64,000 nucleotides of DNA from the human T2T-CHM13v2.0 reference genome, Homo sapiens. The DNA is taken from the NCBI RefSeq assembly GCF_009914755.1, contig NC_060929.1. The stretch is one strand, 5' to 3'. The notes under the pieces were generated by a model. The model was not told where the DNA came from and searched no databases. It was given only the letters and a program-made list of their open reading frames with translations. Shown here piece after piece: positions 56,720 through 64,000 of the stretch. The position numbers and the translations under genes are program-made. The number at the start of each line of letters is the position of its first letter. Position 1 is the first letter of the stretch.

Positions 56720-57009
56720 CTGAAACAAAGCACATGGGGCCTCAGCCCTTGCAGAGAACAGCGGACACCTTCAATGTGGCGCCGGTTTCTGTGCAGGAGG
56801 CAGCTCAGGTGCTGTCTCGGCCTCACTCTCCACACAGGCAAGGAAACCACCCATGAATATTCCCAGGGCAGGGCCAGTGGCTTGCTCTTTCATTTGGCCT
56901 TTTTATTTTTAAACCTTTAACTTGGTTCTGGAAAAATACAAGAGAAACAATAAAGGTGGGAGAGGCAAATGTGTCGTCCCTTCAGTGACCACCTGAAAGG
57001 ACCATGTGA

Positions 57010-57515
57010 TTCCCTTGTGGTAGGCCACTCCAGGTAGTCCCGCTGAGCCGGCACCCTGGTGTCCACACCCTTGTGCTGTCCCCCATCTGCACTGTACCAG
57101 GGTTGGTCTGTGTGACAGAAGTGACAGTAGGTCATTTCCAAAATTAGCTTACTAAAAAACCCTGACTTCCATCTTGGTCACTCTCTCTCACTTCACTATC
57201 TTGGACCATCCTCCCCGGAGCAGGCCAGCTGTCGTGTCTTCAAGATTCTCAGGCAGCCCTATGGAGAGGTCCACATGGTGAGTAATGACTAAGGCCTCCA
57301 GCCAACAGCCAGGTGAGTGAGCCTTCTTAGAGCAGATCCTCCAATCCCCCACTGAGGTCTCAGATGATACAGCCCTGGCTGACAGCTTGACCAGAATCTC
57401 ACAAGAGACCCTGAACCAGAACCACCTACTAAGCCACCCCCAGGTTCCTGATCCTTGAAACTGTGATGCAGTAAGTGATTAGTCATACAACAATAGGTAG
57501 CTGATATAACATCCC
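57010..57515 (+). mobile_element. MLT1 (MLT1F-like) MaLR LTR
   Basis: caggcagccctatggagaggtccacatgg...gccaacagcc...agagaccctgaaccagaaccacc...agctgatataaca. Confidence 0.75.
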
Positions 57516-57537
57516 ACAAGGAGATGATTTTGACCTA

Positions 57538-57745
57538 GACCTGCACTATTCAATATAGTATCTACTAGCCACAAATAGCTACTTAAATTGAAAATATTCT
57601 GAGTTAAATAAAATGAAAAAGTCCATTCCTCCATTGCAGTAGCCATACTTCATATGTTCAATAGCCATACATGGCCAGTGGTTACCATATTGGGCAGTGC
57701 ATGTAGAGAACAGTTCCACCATCACAGAAAAGTTCTATTAGATTC
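57538..57745. mobile_element. MER3-like DNA transposon
   Basis: ctgcactattcaatatagt..ctactagccac...catcacagaaaagttctatt. Confidence 0.7.
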
Positions 57746-58033
57746 TCATAAAACTAAGTGCTTAAAATGTCTCATGAAACATTCTTAGGCCTTCACAAAA
57801 GCTCTGACAAGAGTTTGAGTTTGGATTTCTAGGAGGAGGAAACATAGTCACTCTTCTTTGTGCCCAACATTCATTGGGCAAACAAGGTAAAATATCAAAC
57901 AACAGTCCCTTTCCTGTAGCGTGAGACCCACGTGGCCCACGTCCACACAAGAGGAGGTGGAACATGTGTACAGCATCCTCAGGGTCCCAGATAATATGCC
58001 TGCAGTAGGAACATTTCCTCTTTAAGAAAGTAA

Positions 58034-58420
<387 letters not shown>

Positions 58421-59492
58421 GTCAATTGACTTTATTTTCATTGTCCTTTACTAAGAGTTAAGACAAAGGGCTGAAATGCTAGCCCTAGGTGATACCAGCT
58501 CCTCGTTTCAAAGGCAGTTCATATTCCAGAGATGTGAGGACATTTCCTTATCCATGAGGTTGTACTAATGTGGAGAAAGACCTTTCTGCTCAAAGGCAGA
58601 TTGTGGGTGGACAGCAACCAGCTTCAACGGTTATCACAGATGGATTATCTGCTTGCTTTGCTGTCTGTAAACCAGAATGATTGCTCTCTAGCTTTGGTCT
58701 CATTCATTTTGCTTTGATAATTTCCTGAATAAACAAGAATGTTTCTTAAACAATACCGAACTTTTTAGAGGATGCTAAGTGTACGATACAGTCAACTACT
58801 CTGAGGCCTTGGCAAATACACTTAAGTGGTAACACTAATAAAAGAAACCTATGATGATAATAATAAGGCATAGTTTTGCAGCTTTAAACAAGCAGTAATT
58901 TAAAAACAGATAAATTTCAAAGTGATGAGGCAGAAAAAAAAAAGTGGCCCATTCAAATTACCACTTGCTCACCAATGAGTGAACTGTAGTTATTTAAATT
59001 GACTTGTTTTCATGACAAAAAATCAGCAGCATGCCTGAAGACCAGGAAAATATTCATATCCTTTGACCTACAATTCCTGCTTTGGGATTTTATCCAGAGG
59101 AAAATATTCAAAAGAATGAAGATCTTATCTGCATTAAATTATTCATCATAGAATTATTTTTAATATCAAAAGTCTAAATGTCTTTTAGAAAAGTGAATAA
59201 ATTAACAATATAAAAACTTGTTGGAGGGGTTACAGCCATTCAGAATAGAGACTATTAAAAGCAACATTTTAAGACTACAACAAAATGAAGAACTAGAATG
59301 CACTAGATTTATAACAATGTAAATTACATATGAACATGAATAAAGATCTGCAAGAAGAAATGAACATGTAACATGCCAAAAAAATCGATATTTTGAGTGA
59401 TAGTACCTAAATGAAATGATATTTAAGATGAATATGCTAGGAGAAATATACCTGTTTACTAACATCATATTCATTACTCTTAGCTATTTGCT

Positions 59493-59540
59493 GTCCAAAC
59501 CGCCAGATATGCCTTGGTCCAAACTGCCAGATATGCCTTC
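59493..59540. repeat. 24-bp tandem duplication
   Basis: gtccaaaccgccagatatgccttg / gtccaaactgccagatatgccttc. Confidence 0.9.
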
Positions 59541-59629
59541 TAAAAGCCTATTTCCTGCTTTTATTCTGAAGGTTACTCTGGATGCACTTCTACCCTGAAG
59601 TAGCTCCAAACATCCCAGTGTGTGCCTAC

Positions 59630-59770
59630 CTGTACTGCAAGGCCAGCCTCAGCGCTGTGGCATTGGATTCGTATTTTCCCACCAGCATGCTCATCCTCTC
59701 GGCATTGCTTTTACATTCCTCCAAGGTTATGGTCAGGAGGTCATTTTGGGATTTGAGGTGCTCAATCCGG
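59630..59770 (-). CDS. MCC: MCC coding exon (141 nt, phase 2-2); upstream exons lie outside the window
   Basis: ttcctttgtag|C CGG ATT...RIEHLKSQNDLLTITLEECKSNAERMSMLVGKYESNATALRLALQY AG|gtaggc. Confidence 0.96.
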
Positions 59771-61019
59771 CTACAAAGGAACAAAAATCAGATTCACACT
59801 AGGGTTACAGTTAATTTGCCAATATTTCAGTTGTCTCATTTATATTCAGGGCAGAAAAGCATGTGAGGATGTGGGCCTGTCAGATTAGTAGCTGACACAG
59901 TATTTTGTCAAAGAAGCAACTCTACATAAAAGTATCACCAAACTCTGTGTGAATTACAAATAAAAAATAAGCCCCCTGGTTAAAAATAAGCCCCCCAGCC
60001 ATTGCCACACTCACTCCATGTCTATCATGAGCAGGGCACAGTGCTAGGCTCTGGAGATATTCCAAGGAAAGGAGACAGTTGTGCAACCTCCAGGCCGCCA
60101 TCATGTGGAACGTCTGGTGGGCTTAGATAAGTCACCCTCCACATGCAAGGATGAAAAGCAGCAAGACAGCAGTCATGGCTATTTGTTAAGCCTTTGCTTT
60201 AGTGATTCTCCTAGCAGCCTTTTGAATTAAGTGTTGTTACTCCCATTTCAGATGAGGAAATGGAGGTCCAGAAACATTAAGTATCTTGCCCTGGGATTTG
60301 AACCGGGAAGTGTGACCCCAAATCCCATCCTCATAATCACAAACTACAGAGAGAACCAAAGGAAGAATCAGTGAGTGAACAGGAAACTTCCCCTGGTGGC
60401 CTTTAAGTGGGAAATGGACGAGGAGCTATGGATTGTACCCAAAGCTGCTTTTGGGTTACACAGTCTAGCAGCTCTAACTAGTGGTAGGATAAGCATTGGG
60501 AACTTGAAGTTTTACAAGATTCAGAACTGTAGATTCAGGGCAAATGAGTCTGTGGCAAAGTTAGCAAACAAATGAATAATATGATCCTTCAGCTTCTCCG
60601 TTTTCCATCTCAGGGTACAGATGCTCTTGATGCCACAAGTCATTTTCCATGGACACATCTATTTGTAGTACTCTGACCACTAACTCTTAAAGAGAAAGCT
60701 TCACACAAACAAACTGCAAGTGACTTGAAATGTTAAGGGGTTTGGAAGCCATTAGCTTCAAGGAAAAATCTTAGACTCAAGCCTTAGAGCAGAATATGGA
60801 GACACTTGCCAACATGGGAGACATCTGGTGAGTGTAGAAGAACTAAGATCACTGCCAGGCTCTGGCCATTCCAAGGTCACTTCAAGGTAAGGTGCCACAA
60901 GAATGCTTTTCTGCCCCTGTTCACATTAAGACTTCTTGAAAAGAGTCACCATTCTCTCACTTTTCAACTTGCTCCAGTCTACAGTCTGTCCCGGCTAATT
61001 AGATAAAGCCTTTACTCAA

Positions 61020-62270
61020 CTCATAGACCTCCATGTAGCCAAGCCCATCTCAGGGCCCTTCTCAGACAACACCCCACTGATCTGTTACTCTTTCCTTCTT
61101 AAAGAGCTCCCCTCACTTAAGCCATGGTGGGTCTCTGCTGGTTTTCTTCCTGCCCTAGCGGCTATTTCCTCTCAGTCTCCTTTGCTAGATGCTCATTCTC
61201 TATAAAATTAGTAAGGCTTGCCATTCTCTTGGGGCTGTCCCGGGGTCCCCTCTGCTATCAACACTCCCACCCTAGGGGTGATTTCTATCCAGTCCCATGA
61301 TGTTATTAGGCAGGTATGCTCCGCTGGCTCACAACTTTCTCTAGCCCAGCGCTTTCTTCTGAGGGCCAGGCTCACATATCCAGCTGCCTTCCTGACATTT
61401 CCTTTTGCTGTCACATTGCCACCTCTAGTTTAACATTCCAAAGTGGGATTCTTGATTTCCCCTGAACCTCATCCTCCCTTATCTTCTCCATCTCAGTAAA
61501 TGCCACCACCGTCTACCCAACACTACATGCTAGACCAAGCTTGTCCAACCTGTGGGCTGCATGGGGCCCAACACAAATTTGTAAACTTTCTTGAAACATT
61601 ACGAGATATTTTTGCAATTTTTTTTTTTTTCAGTTCATCAGCTGTCATTTGTGTTAGTGTATTTTATGTTTGGCCCGAGACATTACTCTTCTTCCAGTGT
61701 GGCCCAGGAAGCCAAAAGATTGGACACCCCTGCACTAGACCCCTGAGGATCTTTTTTGAGACCATTCCTTTCTCTTATTCAAATGCAACCCAGCTGCAGT
61801 TTCCACTGCTTTCAGCACCACACATGGCGTGCGTGAGGCCCCTGGCCCCATCCTGCCAGAGCTGCCCTGGCATACCACAAAGATTGTGCTGCTTCCACTC
61901 TTATCCCATCCTTCCCATTCTCCACACCCAGGTAAGCTTCCATAATGTCAATCAGATCTTGTTCTTCCACATTCGAAAACCCTTTAATGACTTCTAATTA
62001 CACTTCGAATAAAGAGTAAAATTTGTCCGTGGCATCAAAATCCACAGCTGAGCCAGCCCCTGCTCTGCCACCTCGTCTCATGTAGCTTCTTCCCCTTACT
62101 CCATTTCAGTTCCGCTGGCCTTTGGACAATTCCTCTTTCAGGCCTCATGGTTGTTAAGTGGCCATAAGAATATCAGTTCGCCATATGGCTGCTTTTTTTT
62201 TTTTTTCTTTTAAATCCATCTCAATGTAAGCCTCCCATCTTCAGATGCCTGCCCTGACTACCCACCGAAA
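61020..62270 (+). mobile_element. L2 remnant containing a MER30
   Basis: L2-like cttctccatctcagtaaatgccaccacc and gcctgccctgactaccc. Confidence 0.65.
61535..61733. mobile_element. MER30 DNA transposon
   Basis: cttgtccaacc...gcccaacacaaatttgtaaactttctt...gccaaaagattggacacccctg; flanks ctagac. Confidence 0.85.
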
Positions 62271-62284
62271 AATTAACCTTCTCT

Positions 62285-63416
62285 GGGGTCCCACGCCCAC
62301 GGAGCTTCGCTCACTGCTAGCACAGCAGTCTGAGATCAAACTGCAAGGCCACAGCGAGGTTGGGGGACGGGCGTCCGCCACTGCTGAGGGTTGAGTAGGT
62401 AAACAAAGTGGCTGGGAAGCTCAAACTGGGTGGAGCCCACCGCAGTTCAAGGAGACCTGCCTGCCTCTGTAGACTCCACCGCTGGGGGCAGGGCATAGCT
62501 GAACAAAAGGCAGCAGACAACTTCTGCAGACTTAAAAGTCCCTGTCTGACAGCTATGAAGAGAGCAGTGGTTCTCCCACCATGCAGTTTGAGCTCTGAGA
62601 ATGGATAGACTGCCTCCTCAAGTGGGTCCCTGACCCCTGAGTAGCCTAACTGGGAGACACCTCCCAGTAGGGGCCGACTGACACCTCATACAGCTGGGTG
62701 CCCCTTTGATACGAAGCTTCCAGAGGAAGGATCAGGCAGCAACATCTGCCGTTCTGCAGTATTTGCTGTTCTGCAGCCTCCGCTGGTGATACCCACACAA
62801 ACAGGGTCTGGAGTGGACCTCCAGCAAACTCCAACAGACCTGCAGCTGAGGGTCCTGACTATTAGAAGGAAAACTAACAAACAGAAAGGACATCCACACC
62901 AAAACCCCATCTGTACATCACCATCATCAATGACCAAAGGTAGATAAAACCACAAAGATGGGGAGAAACCAGAGCAGAAAAGCTGAAAATTCTAAAAATC
63001 AGAGTGCCTCTTCTCCTCCAAAGGAAGACAGCTCCTCGCCAGCAATGGAACAAAGCTGGACAGAGAATGACTTTGATGAGTTGATAGAAGAAGGCTTCAG
63101 ACGATAGATAACAAACTTCTCCAAGCTAAAGGAGGATGTTCGAGCCCATTGCAAAGAAGCTAAAAACCTTGAAAAAAGATTAGACAAATGGCTAACTAGA
63201 ATAAACAGTGTAGACAAGTCCTTAAATGACCTGAAGGAGCTGAAAACCACGGCACAAGAACTACATGATGCATGCAAAAGCTTCAGTAGCTGATTTGATC
63301 AAGTGGAAGAAAGCGTATCAGGGATTGAAGATCATATGAATGAAATGAAGTGAGAAGAGAAGTTTAGAGAAAAATGAGTAAAAAGAAATGAACAAAGCCT
63401 CCAAGAAATAAGGGAC
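62285..63416 (+). mobile_element. 5'-truncated L1PA (about PA5-7): partial 5'UTR and disrupted ORF1
   Basis: L1 5'UTR ggtcccacgcccacggag...cagcagtctgagatcaaactgcaagg; ORF1 ATG at 62958 (MGRNQSRKAENSKNQSASSPPKE) with an early stop. Confidence 0.92.
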
Positions 63417-64000
63417 TGAGAGGTGACAAAGTGCTAGCAGCCCTTGCTTGCTCTTGGCACCTCGTCGGCCTCGGTGTCTGCTCTGGCCATGCTCAAGGAG
63501 CGCTTCAGCCCACCACTGCACTGTGGGGGCCCCTCTCTGGGGTGGCTGAGGCCAGAGCCAGCTCCCTCTGCTTGATGGGAAGTGTGGAGGGAGAGGTGCG
63601 TGGCACTCGTGGGCCAGCACGAGTTCCAGCTCAGCATGGGCTCACCAGGCCCCGCACTTGGAGCAGCCGGCTGGTGCCACTGGCCCTGGGCAGTGAGGGG
63701 CTTAGCACCCGGGCCAGCAGCTGTGGAGGGTGCACCGGGTACCACAGCACTTCCGGCCCGCTCGCGCCACGCTCGAATTCTCGCTGGGCCTCAGCTGCCT
63801 CCCCGCGGAGCAGGGCTTGGGACCTGCAGCCTACCATGCCCGAGCCCCCCTCACCCCCTGTGGGTTCCCGTGCATCCCAAGCCTCCCCGATGGGTGCCGC
63901 CCCCTGCTCTGAGGTGCCCAGTCCCATCGACCGCCCAAGGGCTGAGGAGTGTGGGTGCATGGCACGGGACTGGCGGGCAGCTCCGCCAGCGGTCCCAGCG
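63417..64000 (+). mobile_element. LTR12 (ERV9 LTR, LTR12E-like) inserted into L1 ORF1; runs off the window
   Basis: Begins TGAGAGGTGACAAAGTGCTAGCAGCCC right after L1 ...caagaaataagggac; GC-rich LTR12 U3. Confidence 0.88.

Noticed and set aside
61500-61997. 165-aa ORF
   Set aside because: Runs across MER30 and L2 remnants; fortuitous
62958-63416. Functional L1 ORF1 or active L1
   Set aside because: Early stop after ~49 codons, 5' truncation and LTR12 insertion

Overview
Eukaryotic, primate (human or great-ape) genomic DNA matching the tail-to-tail junction of DCP2 and MCC (human 5q22 from recall, not checked by alignment). + strand: end of the last DCP2 intron, the last coding exon (1873-2036, ending ...[17 protein letters not shown]) and a long 3'UTR with several poly(A) signals, the most distal at ~10721. 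- strand: the last eight MCC coding exons (59770 down to 15855), which I spliced by hand through GT-AG sites into one continuous 424-aa frame ending in the PDZ-binding motif ETSL*, plus a ~5.2 kb 3'UTR ending near 10650. The two distal poly(A) signals are crossed, so the longest mRNAs would overlap antisense by ~90-100 nt. The introns hold ~20 Alus (many with visible TSDs), L1, L2, MIR, MER DNA transposons, a MER41A solo LTR, MLT1/MLT2/MER21 LTRs and, at the right edge, a nest of L2 > 5'-truncated L1PA > LTR12. No prokaryote-type system is present, and almost all ORF-track entries are repeat-derived or chance. The best leads are the DCP2/MCC 3' overlap with dual-use PAS/ARE motifs, an APA-gated inverted Alu pair in the DCP2 3'UTR, and a truncated L1 whose antisense promoter/ORF0 remnant points into MCC. 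Repeat subfamilies and boundaries are judged by eye and approximate.
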